A DNA stretch of 63,231 nt, counting the filler, from Stramenopiles sp. TOSAG23-2 (lineage: Eukaryota), in assembly GCA_900128395.1 (NCBI GenBank). It is 10 parts of 10 records of this genome, joined end to end, with 100 filler letters (N's around TTAATTAATTAA, not from the genome) between each part and the next. Parts side by side here need not be neighbours in the genome. Positions count along the whole stretch, not along the records: positions 37,785 to 45,220 come from LT650319.1; positions 45,321 to 52,756 come from LT650320.1; positions 52,857 to 60,279 come from LT650321.1; 7 more parts are not named here. One strand, given 5' to 3'. Positions within the stretch are counted from its first letter, which is position 1; the number at the start of each line of letters is the position of its first letter. This document shows, piece after piece, positions 45,001-55,884 of this stretch. Made by a program: the position numbers and the translations under genes. The notes under the pieces were generated by a model that saw only the letters and a program-made list of their open reading frames with translations, had not been told where the DNA came from and did not search any database.

Positions 45001-45220
45001 TTGCTTCAATATCATCTTTCATATGTAATGAATCCTCCTTCACATTGGTATCTTGTGCATTAACAATATCATATTTATGTGTACAAAGTTGAACAAACTG
45101 TAAACTGAACCACAACGCTTGTTCTCGTACTCTCCATGCTTCTTTTCTATTTTGTTTTTCATTTGTGTTGTTATTTAAAAACAGTTTTGTACTTTCATAG
45201 ACCATATTTGCTGTAGAGTT
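37785..45220 (-). CDS. NACHT/STAND NTPase with ankyrin repeats (NLR-like); 4 exons: 45220-44335, 44260-42293, 42227-41307, 41225-37785; both ends truncated
   Basis: Splicing introns 44261-44334, 42228-42292 and 41226-41306 joins three ORFs in frame and restores Walker A GLAGAGKST; Walker B LFVLDGYDEL, IIYLCR, KTPFML, FSFIHKSIQEYLTA; C-terminal ankyrins. Confidence 0.9.
41226..41306 (-). other. Spliceosomal intron, 81 nt, in-frame and stop-free
   Basis: GTAAGT...ACTAAC...TAG; removal restores ankyrin LLHEAAKFGKRDII. Confidence 0.8.
42228..42292 (-). other. Spliceosomal intron, 65 nt
   Basis: GTAAGT...ACTAAC...CAG; removal joins APIQKG to VGIFSFIHKS. Confidence 0.9.
44261..44334 (-). other. 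Spliceosomal intron, 74 nt, splitting the P-loop
   Basis: GTAAGT...ACTAAC...CAG; removal gives HGLAGAGKST. Confidence 0.92.
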
Positions 45221-45320
45221 NNNNNNNNNNNNNNNNNNNNNNNNNNNNNNNNNNNNNNNNNNNNTTAATTAATTAANNNNNNNNNNNNNNNNNNNNNNNN
45301 NNNNNNNNNNNNNNNNNNNN
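45221..45320. other. Artificial contig spacer
   Basis: N44-TTAATTAATTAA-N44. Confidence 0.99.
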
Positions 45321-45473
45321 ATTCTTATAATAATTTCAAATAACACGTAAATAGAAGAACTTATACAAAATATACTACATATACATATACAAACTCACAT
45401 ATATAGCATTGTATGCATTTGTTGTGCCATATCACTTTAAACAAGTAATACAAAAAATTATTTTTTTTGAAAC

Positions 45474-46806
45474 ATGGAAACAATTAAGTCGATACTTGTT
45501 GGCGGAATTAGTGGTTATGAGCATACCACCACCACTACCAGCACTACAGAGACAAGAAGACCAACTGTTAATTTTATAGCCGTGAAGAAAGATGAATCCA
45601 TCGAGTTTAAAGTAACAAGTCTTATTAATACTAATGATGTGTGGTGTGGTAAATTTATTGGTCAAACAAACTTCAGGAGTGGATCTAGTACTTCTTTAAC
45701 GGATGAGGAAATCCGTCGAAATGTATTTTCCAGTCTAAATAGTGATGTATTTAATAGTAATAATCTTAACAAAATGACTAATGATAATGTAGGTAATTTA
45801 TCAGATTGTATATTATCTTTAAACAATGACAATAATTTACTATTCGAAGGTGAATATAATATTAGTAATGGCATATCGTTTACAGTACGGTGTACTTTGA
45901 CTGTTGCAAACAAAGACGACTATGTTCATTTATTATGCGAACTTTCAGATTGTATTCAAAAACTTGTTTCCACTGTAAATAAATCAACTACAGATACAAT
46001 AAATTTACAAAATGCGTTAACCGACGCTGAAACTACCATGAAAAAGCAACAGGATTGTCTTGCCACACGGGAAAAAAACATGTTGGAAAATTTTGTAAAG
46101 GTGTTGAATAGCAAGAAAGCTAAATTAAAACAATTAAAAGAAGCATTAAATCATAGTTCCAATGACTCTTCAGGCGATAGCCATGGAAACGATTCTTCAG
46201 ACTATAGCGATGGAGATGGTGATAATAATATCAATGGACGTGGAAAATTTTCAAAACCGAGATCAAAAAAAAGAAGGAGAAAGAAGAATGGAAACAATAA
46301 TGATAATAACAAAAAGTCATACGTTAAACCGAAAAAAAAATATCGTCAAAATACAACATCATCAAAAAAAAGTAAATTTAATACGCAACTTGCTCGACAT
46401 AAGAAAACTAATGCTACTGATTCAAGTGAGGAAGAATCATATGTAGGATCATCCAATTTTGTCTTTGATGATGATGAAAACAGTACTCAAATTTTAAGTA
46501 TAGAAAATCCAAGTAGTAACAATAACGCAACTTGCTCGACATAAGAAAACTAATGCTACTGATTCAAGTGAGGAAGAATCATATGTAGGATCATCCAATT
46601 TTGTCTTTGATGATGATGAAAACAGTACTCAAATTTTAAGTATAGAAAATCCAAGTAGTAACAATAATTTGCAGCAAAACATATCATCTCGTCAACAAAC
46701 TACGATTTCCAATACTACTAGCAATGGAGTTAGAAATCATGTCCCAAATGTTGGAAATAGTCAGTTGACTCAAGAAAGCAATGATGTGCTTGATGAGATG
46801 TGGTAA
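45474..46806 (+). CDS. XRCC4: XRCC4-like NHEJ protein; as assembled it stops at 46544 because of a 142-bp tandem duplication
   Basis: Beta-rich head (VWCG), coiled coil and MLENFVKVLNSKKAKLKQL resembling the XRCC4 F..VLN.KK.K.R.L motif; removing one duplicate gives 396 aa ending DVLDEMW*. Confidence 0.75.
46383..46667 (+). repeat. 142-bp direct tandem duplication
   Basis: ACGCAACTTGCTCGAC... starts at 46383 and 46525; copies appear identical. Confidence 0.95.
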
Positions 46807-47300
46807 AAGAATTAGGGAGGACACGAATGATGGTATATTAACATATATGACTGAATCACAGACAGAGGAACAATCTTTTGAATACTAAATAATTTTTACT
46901 AAACTTTGTAAAAATCATTTTTGATTTGAGATGTTAATGAATGGGAGTAAAAGAAATTTATATAATATATGAGTAAGAGAACATTTTATATATCATATAT
47001 GATATTATCATAATATGATATATTTATGATATGCATATATACGTATTATAAAACTTTTTTTTTATTTTTTTTATTTTTTAATATAATATATTTTAAAAAT
47101 GTAAAAAAAAAAATGATTATTTTAATACGAACTCGTATTTTTTACATATTTTTATCAAAAGATTAATTAATATTATATGATTGAACACACCCATTTTTCA
47201 TCAACAGAAGGTTGATAAACTTTTTAGATTTGAACCATCATTTTGACATCATACACGTGCTTCATATCGTAATAAACACACACCAAAATTAAATTTCCAC

Positions 47301-47510
47301 TTGAATCACACATTTTCAATGGAGACAGTATTTTGTCCATATTTTTTGCCAACCCAATCTGTTTTAGGGTTTTTAGGCTCAATTTGTGCCCCTGGTTCTT
47401 TATTTTTGAATCACACATTTTCAATGGGGACAGTATTTTGTCCATATTTTTTGCCAACCCAATCTGTTTTAGGGTTTTTAGGCTCAATTTGTGCCCCTGG
47501 TTCTTTATTT
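47301..47510 (+). repeat. 105-bp direct tandem duplication at gene 3' end
   Basis: TTGAATCACACATTTTC... at 47301 and 47406; one A/G difference seen. Confidence 0.95.
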
Positions 47511-50500
47511 CGCCAAGGATACCATGATGGTTCATCTGTTTTAAAAGGTTCATTCGGTAAGCCTCCTTTTCGAGGTTCATTATAAGCTGCGTGATGAAGT
47601 ACTTCTGGATTTGGATTATCATTTCCCTCACCATTATAAATATTTTCAGGGATTTTTGGTATAGGTGCAGGATATGGTGTACCTTGGCATTTTCCATCGC
47701 CCATACCAAATCCGCATAACCGATGCTCTGGTACTGATTTCAAATCATGTATTAAAAAAGTATCAGCAAATGTTACCCAATCTCGTTTCATATTACTACT
47801 ATCAAGAAGACCACTTATCTGAACATTTGCCTGTGAATTCAATTTATCCCCAGGAGCAAATGCATTGGACGAGCCATTATTAATAGGTAAACTTCCATAT
47901 CCCCCAAATAAAAGATATGTATCTCCATCTTTGAATGGGCCGGCAGCAGCCATTGAACGCCTTGGCAATGGGGGCTTACCAGCCATACAAACAGCATTTT
48001 CCCGCAACCATTCCATTATAATTCCTTGAAAACGTATCGGGCGTTTTGACAACGCTTCTCTTTCAGCCTTATTAAGATGAACATTTTTTCTACTTGGGTG
48101 TATAAAAAAAGGTCGAAATGCTTTCACAGGTGTCAAAAACTCTGGTATTCTAGCGCCAAAGTTACCCGTAGTTATCTTTGGATCAATTTGCTGAAAACGC
48201 ATTTGCTTTGCAGTCAAGTTTTTCAATGGTAGTAAAGGTTCCCACTTTTCATCAAATGGAGAACGAGGTATAAATCTATGTTCGCCGTTTGTATTATTGT
48301 TGGGAGATCCAATCAATTCATTTTCCTCAATGCAACGTAAGTTTAATACTTGTTTCAATGCAATGCATTGGTTACGGCTGGTTTTCGAAGACATAAAATA
48401 TTTAGAAAAAAGATGAACATTATGATACAGATGCTGTTGTCCCTCATCTTCAATTGATCGTTCCTTTTCCTTGATTGAATCAAGATCATTGTTATATTCC
48501 ATACAACGACTTAAATATCTTTCACGTTGTCGTTGGCAGCCTGTTTTCCAAGCATAATGAGACAATGCAGTCTTGCATGTACCAACTATCTCCTTGGTTG
48601 ATAGGAACCCACGAGCGTTCGCTCTAGCCAATATACCGTCGCACCCACATGAAGGTTGAACAAGTACCATGTTGCCATTATCGGTAATTAAATCTTCAAC
48701 ATGACAGTCACTCGGTATCGGTAAATCCAGACCTTGCTTAGATCGTAAATCACTTACAAAATTAGCTTCCTTCATTCGTAATGTTTCTATCACTTCCTTC
48801 TGGTTTTCATGATTTTTGTAGCTCACCTCAGATTTATGTTCCATTTGTTCAATGTCCCCATTTTCCACATCCCCGTTTCCCACATCATCACGACTATCAT
48901 CATCTCTTCCTTCGTTGTCATCAACGTGAATTAATAACCGCCTTCGCGTTCCCCCTCCTTCATCATCAGGGAATTGCACTCTGTGTATATCTCGTTTCAG
49001 TTCTTTTACAAAGCTCTTGGCTTGCGTATAAGCATGTTGGGTTTGAAAACTTTGTGCTCTAAATGACGCACGATGGAGCCTATCCCGCGCAACTTCAAAA
49101 TTTTTTATGGCTGTATGTAATTCAGACAAATCGTCTTTGGCATCTAGAATAGTTTTCATGATTCTCGTTAAATGTTTTTTTGCCATATCATAACGTTGTG
49201 ATGCTGTGACTTTTTCAGTAAAGTTCAAATCAATGCCAAGCTCTACAATTGTTTCATTTAATGGACATACCAAAGGGTGCCAAATACCCATAGAGCTATC
49301 TTTTAACATCGGCGGGGCTTCCACCAGAGTGAATGGGGCCGCATTTGAATATTGACCCCCTACTTTAACTATTGCACCGCCTTGTAATGGCGAGCCATCG
49401 ACATCTTTTTTACTATCTCCGACGCAAAGACATATAACGGCCTGCGGAGATACATGGAGCCAATTTAAACATGGGGCACCCCCGAATACAATATTCTGAA
49501 TTGCATTTTGACTAATTCCAAAATTAGTGCCTAACAATAAAATAGGTCCACGGGGAATACAATTATCTAATAAACCTTTCCCAGCACAAAAGTCTAACAG
49601 AAAAGGGGGCACCACAGAGAAAATTCTGGGTGGATCATAACTAAATAAAGCATTACCAGGCTGTGAAACTTGATTGTTAGCATAAACAACTATGTCCAAG
49701 TCACGTCCAGAACCAGGACTAACCGTGCATTCTATCTCCGATTTAGATATGTACTTCATCGGCATGCAAGGGAACGGCCCACTGTTGCCATTTCCAATAA
49801 CGACGCCGATGGCATGATTTCTGTCCTCCTTCCTTCCAAAATTTTGACCTCTAATTGTGAGTTTAATGGGTTTATATGGAGCGGATAAACTTCGACCAGC
49901 ACTTGGAACAGAAACTTCTGGGCAAGTTGCATTCGGAATATCGAGGGAGGATTGCGTATACTCGTCAAATACCCACTTTGGTACCCGTGGGCGAAAAAAT
50001 GAATACGGATCGGCAATCGTTTTGCTATATGCGTTTACTTTTGCGAACGTAACAACTGGTGATTTAACATCAAGGATGGCATTGTCGTTGCGAAATCCAT
50101 TTTGGTCAATATCATCAAGCCAATTTCCATAGTCACCACCTGTGGAATATCCGGTTATCACCATTGCCTTTGGGGAGATCGGATCAAGTGCGAGCATAAC
50201 ATGCCCCCATCGTGCTTTTGGCGGGGTACCTATGGCCTTAACAGGGCGCCAAATCATCGGTTTCAAAGGAGTCTCGCAGTATTGCCTTCCATATTTTGGA
50301 CTACCTGGCATTCCAATATGACATTTGGTATCTAGCATATGCAAGTCGTTTAAAACACCCATGCCGACATCGATACCGCCAAAAATGAGGATGCTTGTGC
50401 CCCAATTCATCATAGTATGACCCGATCGAGGAGTTGGGAAAGTTCCTTCCACAGCCCATTTGTGATTATGATACCTCATGGTGCCACCTTGCTTACACGC

Positions 50501-52756
50501 AATAGAAATTCCTAACTCTTCGGAACATTTTTCCCCCCGATCATTCGATGGGGCATATTTCCCGGTGTCTACCCACGTCATTGTGAATGTGTTCAAAATG
50601 TGTAAATCATTCAACAACCCATGCCTGCCATGTCCACCAAACAAAATGTAATATTGATCCATCGTCGTTGCAGCGTGCTTATATCTTCCTGGCGGGATGA
50701 TTCCGTGTGGCGCAAACGGCATCCAAAGGGGTTTATGATCCCAAGGTTTCCCTACGCCAAAGTAGGCAGCTAGCTCACCATGATCCTGGGTCCATGTCCT
50801 TAACGTAGTATCTGCATCCCATGGCAATGGCATAGCAGGATTAAATGATGGTTTGCATGGACCGTGTCCATGTGTACAACCCTCTCTTTCCTTGTCATTT
50901 TTTTCTTTCATGTATGCTTCATCGTATCCACTTATATGTTCCACGGAGTTGCTACCGGCCAGTTTAGCTAGATTTATTTGAGCCTTTTGGTGCCAGGAGT
51001 AAATTAATTCAGTCTCCTCTTCGCTTTGTTCAATGTTGATCAAAACGTGCATATCATTTAAAATACCATGCGGCCCAAGACCATCATAACCTCCGAATAT
51101 TAACATCGCTTTCATTCGTTTTGCCCCTAGAACAACAGCAGTTCCGGTGTGAAAGGCACGAGGTCCAGGTTGTGTTGCCCCTTGAAATTCTTTTAATGGT
51201 CCATACCAATGCATCCCAATAGGCTTTAACCGCCTCTGTTCATCATCAAATTCTGCTGTGAACCAAAACAGTTCGTCGGAATAAACTGTATCACCACCAT
51301 AATCATTTTTTTTCTTTTGGACTTGTTCGCCACCAAAAACGATGACAGATTGACCGTCACCAGTCATTATAGCACTTGCACCGGCTAAAGCTCTTGGTTT
51401 TGTTTCAGGTGCACTACCAGGAGATCCCGTTGGTGGCTTGCTATCACCCCATCCAGGACATCCACATTTTTTCTTTTTGCCACATTTAGCTTCTGGATCA
51501 CCCATGGCGCAATCTTTAATATTGCCAAATTTTTTTTTAACCTTAGACCATGACGCAGCGTGTGCCCCAAAGCCACCAAAACGATGAGTCAATAGTACAC
51601 GTCGTGAGCCCTTCTCAGATTTAATTAGGTTTTCCATCTCAACCGAGACATCTGCAAAACGCTCTTTTCCATATGGCGCGTCGTCTTCAAGCAGCGCATC
51701 TAATTCATGTTCTAGTCTCTGTATTTTTTGAGCTTCTGTTTCTGCATCGTCCATAATAATAATCATGCCTTCCATGGGAAGGGTGTCATCATCGATAGTT
51801 ATAGATATTGGTTCGCCCTGCAGGTATCTTTGTATCGTCCTTGGATTGTCATTTTTTGGTGGCCATTCTATTTTATTTGTAATATGCATTGTTTCAGATT
51901 TTTCCTCAATGAAGCCCATTGGTCTAATTGTCGGTTTCTGAATCTTGTTAATTATGCAATGTAAAAAAAAGACCGGATTTGTATTTGGATCTGGATCGCA
52001 ATCTCCATGAACTGGTGGTGCTGCTGGTGCTGGCTTCTTTTTTGGTGGTGGGGGTGCTGGCTTTTTTCCGGATGAAGATGAGGAAGATTTCTCACCCTTT
52101 TCCTCCTCATCTTTCTCCTTCAAGTCTGGTGGAAGTCCTTTCTTTGGATTATTCTTTTTCAACTTGCCGATTATCTTCTTCAACACATCCGGCTTCAGTT
52201 TATATTTTTTTATCAATACATTTTTGCACCCATATGGTTTTGTTGTGCTGTATTTATTATCTTTAGCAGAAACGCAAGCTAGATCAGAAGAAGACGGCTC
52301 TGGTTTACCACAGCAGCAAAATTCTTTTGTTTTTGGATCACAAATGATAGAGGAACGACTTACTCGAAGAAGTGGTTTACACCCACCCCGAGCACCAAAA
52401 TCTTGTGTTGCATCTATAGGTTTACATTCCCATGGTTTGATATCCTTCGACTGTCCTGAACCGCTTCCTGAACTACTTCCAGAGCCACTGCTTGAACTAC
52501 TACTAGAACCTCCTGAAGTACTTCCAGCGCCACCTCGTGAACTACTGCTTGAACTACTACTAGAACCTCCTGAAGTACTTCCAGCGCCACCTCTTGAACT
52601 ACTGCTTGAACTACTACTAGAAGACCCAATGCTGCCATCGTCTGACTCTCCTAAGCTGCATTTGCATGAAACAAGTGCTTCGGGTAAATTTACACCACAT
52701 GAAGTATTGCCAGCAACTAGCCTTTGTTTATCAATTCCGTTTGATCCATCCCAATT
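47411..52756 (-). CDS. Large Kelch-repeat and IPT/TIG domain protein with Cys-rich and Ser/Gly-rich segments; 5' truncated
   Basis: Kelch R..H.....(L/V)FGG.....LND repeats; TIG LTIRGQNFG and LLGTNFG; frame open from TTG 52216 to the contig edge (NWDGSNG...). Confidence 0.85.
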   Translation of the reverse strand, partial: NWDGSNGIDKQRLVAGNTSCGVNLPEALVSCKCSLGESDDGSIGSSSSSSSSSSRGGAGSTSGGSSSSSSSSSRGGAGSTSGGSSSSSSSGSGSSSGSGSGQSKDIKPWECKPIDATQDFGARGGCKPLLRVSRSSIICDPKTKEFCCCGKPEPSSSDLACVSAKDNKYSTTKPYGCKNVLIKKYKLKPDVLKKIIGKLKKNNPKKGLPPDLKEKDEEEKGEKSSSSSSGKKPAPPPPKKKPAPAAPPVHGDCDPDPNTNPVFFLHCIINKIQKPTIRPMGFIEEKSETMHITNKIEWPPKNDNPRTIQRYLQGEPISITIDDDTLPMEGMIIIMDDAETEAQKIQRLEHELDALLEDDAPYGKERFADVSVEMENLIKSEKGSRRVLLTHRFGGFGAHAASWSKVKKKFGNIKDCAMGDPEAKCGKKKKCGCPGWGDSKPPTGSPGSAPETKPRALAGASAIMTGDGQSVIVFGGEQVQKKKNDYGGDTVYSDELFWFTAEFDDEQRRLKPIGMHWYGPLKEFQGATQPGPRAFHTGTAVVLGAKRMKAMLIFGGYDGLGPHGILNDMHVLINIEQSEEETELIYSWHQKAQINLAKLAGSNSVEHISGYDEAYMKEKNDKEREGCTHGHGPCKPSFNPAMPLPWDADTTLRTWTQDHGELAAYFGVGKPWDHKPLWMPFAPHGIIPPGRYKHAATTMDQYYILFGGHGRHGLLNDLHILNTFTMTWVDTGKYAPSNDRGEKCSEELGISIACKQGGTMRYHNHKWAVEGTFPTPRSGHTMMNWGTSILIFGGIDVGMGVLNDLHMLDTKCHIGMPGSPKYGRQYCETPLKPMIWRPVKAIGTPPKARWGHVMLALDPISPKAMVITGYSTGGDYGNWLDDIDQNGFRNDNAILDVKSPVVTFAKVNAYSKTIADPYSFFRPRVPKWVFDEYTQSSLDIPNATCPEVSVPSAGRSLSAPYKPIKLTIRGQNFGRKEDRNHAIGVVIGNGNSGPFPCMPMKYISKSEIECTVSPGSGRDLDIVVYANNQVSQPGNALFSYDPPRIFSVVPPFLLDFCAGKGLLDNCIPRGPILLLGTNFGISQNAIQNIVFGGAPCLNWLHVSPQAVICLCVGDSKKDVDGSPLQGGAIVKVGGQYSNAAPFTLVEAPPMLKDSSMGIWHPLVCPLNETIVELGIDLNFTEKVTASQRYDMAKKHLTRIMKTILDAKDDLSELHTAIKNFEVARDRLHRASFRAQSFQTQHAYTQAKSFVKELKRDIHRVQFPDDEGGGTRRRLLIHVDDNEGRDDDSRDDVGNGDVENGDIEQMEHKSEVSYKNHENQKEVIETLRMKEANFVSDLRSKQGLDLPIPSDCHVEDLITDNGNMVLVQPSCGCDGILARANARGFLSTKEIVGTCKTALSHYAWKTGCQRQRERYLSRCMEYNNDLDSIKEKERSIEDEGQQHLYHNVHLFSKYFMSSKTSRNQCIALKQVLNLRCIEENELIGSPNNNTNGEHRFIPRSPFDEKWEPLLPLKNLTAKQMRFQQIDPKITTGNFGARIPEFLTPVKAFRPFFIHPSRKNVHLNKAEREALSKRPIRFQGIIMEWLRENAVCMAGKPPLPRRSMAAAGPFKDGDTYLLFGGYGSLPINNGSSNAFAPGDKLNSQANVQISGLLDSSNMKRDWVTFADTFLIHDLKSVPEHRLCGFGMGDGKCQGTPYPAPIPKIPENIYNGEGNDNPNPEVLHHAAYNEPRKGGLPNEPFKTDEPSWYPWRNKEPGAQIEPKNPKTDWVGKKYGQNTVPIENV
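52489..52622 (-). repeat. 57-bp coding tandem repeat (Ser/Gly linker)
   Basis: SSSSSSSSSRGGAGSTSGG repeated just over twice. Confidence 0.85.
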
Positions 52757-52856
52757 NNNNNNNNNNNNNNNNNNNNNNNNNNNNNNNNNNNNNNNNNNNN
52801 TTAATTAATTAANNNNNNNNNNNNNNNNNNNNNNNNNNNNNNNNNNNNNNNNNNNN
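52757..52856. other. Artificial contig spacer
   Basis: N44-TTAATTAATTAA-N44. Confidence 0.99.
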
Positions 52857-53806
52857 GTTTACCAGGTGAACCAAAAATTAAATTTCTAAACAAGCATAAA
52901 AAGCAAAATAATAGTAATATCAATTCCCTAGGTGGGAATAGTAGTAGCAACAACGGTGCACTCAATAGTAATAATACGGAAGAAGATGCTGCAGATACAT
53001 TACGATTAGAAGCAAAAAAGAAGAAAAACAAAAGTTACAAGTTACAACAATTAAAGGCAAAAATTAAATTGGAAAAAGAACGGAGACGACAATTAAGAGC
53101 GGAAGGAAAAAGTGTTAAAAATGTAAATAATTCAGATTCATCAAGCGATGATGATGATATGGATGGTAATAATAAAAAAAAGCCATCTAGAAGGACGGAG
53201 GAAGGTAAATTAGAACGTATGTTAAGTCGTAAGAATGATGGTGTTTTAAGTTCGGTACGAGAGAAGATGCGAGATGACGATGAAAATGATAGTGGTGATG
53301 ATGTGCTAGTATTGAAACGAAAGATACCATATGAAAAAGATGATGCGGCAAATGATGAAGTCTTGCAGGAATTCTATTCGTCTCAAATACCAAAAAAGAT
53401 TCGTACATCTGGACATGGAAAAAATAAAAAGATCAAATTTGATGATGATGGTAATGCAATTACTGCATTTGAGAAGTTAGTAGCAGAGAAAAATGCAACA
53501 AATGATGTCGATAATTTGTATGTACATGATGTGAAAGGTCAATCTGAATTATATGCTGAAAAAGTACGCCAACGTTTAGCTTTGGAAAGTAAGGCTGACA
53601 AAGAAAGGAATCGTGAAAGAATCCAAGAGAAACGTTTGAAACGTAAAGAGAAATTGAAGGAAGAACAAGAGGAAAGATTAGCTGAAGGGGTTGTTGCACA
53701 ATTAGGTAGTAGAAATGATGAGGATGAAGGGGATAGTAGCAGTGATAGTGACGATAGTAGTAGTAATAGTAGTAGTAGTGATAGTAGCAGTAGTGATAGT
53801 GATTAG
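52857..53806 (+). CDS. DDX10: DEAD-box RNA helicase DDX10/Dbp4, C-terminal fragment
   Basis: Frame open from contig edge: LPGEPKIKF; KLERMLSRKNDGVLS, KKIKFDDDG and DKER.RERIQEKRLKRKEK resemble Dbp4 C-terminal motifs; helicase core not in window. Confidence 0.7.
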
Positions 53807-54450
53807 AGGATAAAATACGATCTTCGAACGAAAGTAATCAGATAATTTCTCCCTTTTCCAAATATAATCAAATATTGTTTCCCTTCGAAACATCATTAAA
53901 ATATTTAACGGGCCATCTGCTAATTACGATAAAATATAGATCCAGTTATACCCGTATATCGTGTTGAGTATTTATACATGTACGAGGAGAGAGTAGAGAG
54001 TTAGAGTGAAAGAGAGTGGCTCGAAATGCGAAATGATGATCGAGTTGATTGGGTATAAATAAGAACATCTTTTATACATTTCTGTATCTCTCAATACATC
54101 AGTATCAGAGAGATCTAAACCTAAATTCCTTAAAAATAAAGCTTCCTCCCTCCTTAATTTTTCACACATTAATATGTTTTCAGCACTATTACAATATGGC
54201 ACTACTAAATAGCACTAGATTCTAGATTGTACTCTATTTCGAAAAAAAGATATATAATCATTGCACCGCACCACCCATTATACCCTGTACTCTGTAACAA
54301 ATTTGATTTGTTGTAATAGAAAAAAACAATTCTTCCGCATCCATCATCCATCTACTTATTATTTATTTTAGATTATTATTTTACAAATTAAATAAAGTAA
54401 AAGTCATCGAGACAAAAAGAAAATTTATAACAAAATAAATAATTAACAAC

Positions 54451-55335
54451 ATGGTATGGCGTAGAATGGTTTTTATAAGATGGAAAGAAAATGCACCAAA
54501 AGGTGCAGTGGCAAGAGCCCAAAATATCCATCAATCTTTCGCAAGACTTATTCCATCTGTACTCTCAGTTACAGAAGGGTTTACATTTACCTCTCTTGCG
54601 GATGGTTCCGGTGCGTACCCTGGAGTTCAAGTTGAAGAGCAAAACAGAGGGTATCATAGTGCTATTGAAATAATATTTAAAAATTGTAATACTCCTGAAG
54701 AATTAGACGAAGAATATTTTAAACACCCAGTACATGTTGCAGCTGCAAAGATTATTGATCCTCTAATTGAATCTACTTGGGCAATGGATTGGCTTGAAGA
54801 TACGGACAAAGTAGTAGTGCCATCTTCCTCTACACCGGTGATGAAACATATTTGTTTCTTTAAATGGGAACATGGAACAACACCTGAGCAAGAAAATGCA
54901 CTCTTTGCAGCTTGGAAAACATTGCCACAGAATATGGAACATTGCTTGGCTGTTTCGTGTGGATCTGCTATACGATGGAAATATGGTGAACAATTGGGAT
55001 TTGATGCAGCACTTGTTGTTGATTTGGAATTATCTAGTAGCGATGGTGTTTCAGAGATTGCTACTTACGCTACCTCTGATACATATCAAAAGATTAACGA
55101 CGAATTTCTTGCTCCAATTCGAAATAAATATGTTGTAATGGACTATGCAGTACATCCGATTCTTTTTAATCCTCATCGACATCATGGAAAAACGAAGAAG
55201 ATAGTAAACATCATACAAAAAAGAAAGGGAAAAAAACATCATAAAAAAAAGAAACATGGAAAAAAACATCGTCGTGGTAGTGCTACAACTACTAGTAGTG
55301 ATGATAAAAATGATAATATACAGAGCAAATTGTAA
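54451..55335 (+). CDS. Tandem stress-responsive A/B-barrel (Dabb) protein ending in PTS1 -SKL
   Basis: Two domains: RRMVFIRWKE...IPSV...GYH...YFKHPVHV and MKHICFFKWE...LP...GFD...Y. Confidence 0.8.
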   Translation: MVWRRMVFIRWKENAPKGAVARAQNIHQSFARLIPSVLSVTEGFTFTSLADGSGAYPGVQVEEQNRGYHSAIEIIFKNCNTPEELDEEYFKHPVHVAAAKIIDPLIESTWAMDWLEDTDKVVVPSSSTPVMKHICFFKWEHGTTPEQENALFAAWKTLPQNMEHCLAVSCGSAIRWKYGEQLGFDAALVVDLELSSSDGVSEIATYATSDTYQKINDEFLAPIRNKYVVMDYAVHPILFNPHRHHGKTKKIVNIIQKRKGKKHHKKKKHGKKHRRGSATTTSSDDKNDNIQSKL

Positions 55336-55884
55336 AAAAAAAGAATATTTTACGCACACATTTATTATATAATATGTCAAAATACATAGAAATTTAAAGT
55401 ATCATATATGTGCATATATATGATATATAAGCATATCATATCATATGCATACTACTAGTATGATATCAAAGTTAATGTTTTAATGTACACACGACCACAT
55501 ACTTTTTCTCTCTCTTCTCTACGTGGTTTAAGCTTAAAAATTCCCTCTCAAATAGCAAATTTTCTTTCCATTGCGAATAGAAAAAATGTGAAGAGTGTTA
55601 ACTAAGGATTTTAAATAAAATTTTTAAAAAACTGTAAAAAATCATATTGTGGTGCGTGTGGTACAATATTTTTTTACAGCAGTGTAGTATACGTACAAAA
55701 ATTTTGTGTTTTATTTTTATTAAAATAAAAATCAAAAAGATAAAAAAAATTTCTTTTGATTTTTTAAATTTTGAGATAAACTTGTTTTCTTTATATGATA
55801 ATATTAATATACTGATACTACAAATTACTACCATAAAACATTACCTTCTTAAAGGCCATGGCTTGAAAATTTTTAAACCAATCA

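Noticed and set aside
47100-47413. Selenoprotein read-through (several in-frame TGAs and a downstream stem-loop)
   Set aside because: The stem-loop lacks a correctly registered SECIS UGAN/NGAN core and AA spacing; the extension is not protein-like
52164-52808. 214-aa Leu/Pro/Glu-rich plus-strand ORF
   Set aside because: Antisense shadow of the Ser/Gly linker of the minus-strand Kelch/TIG gene
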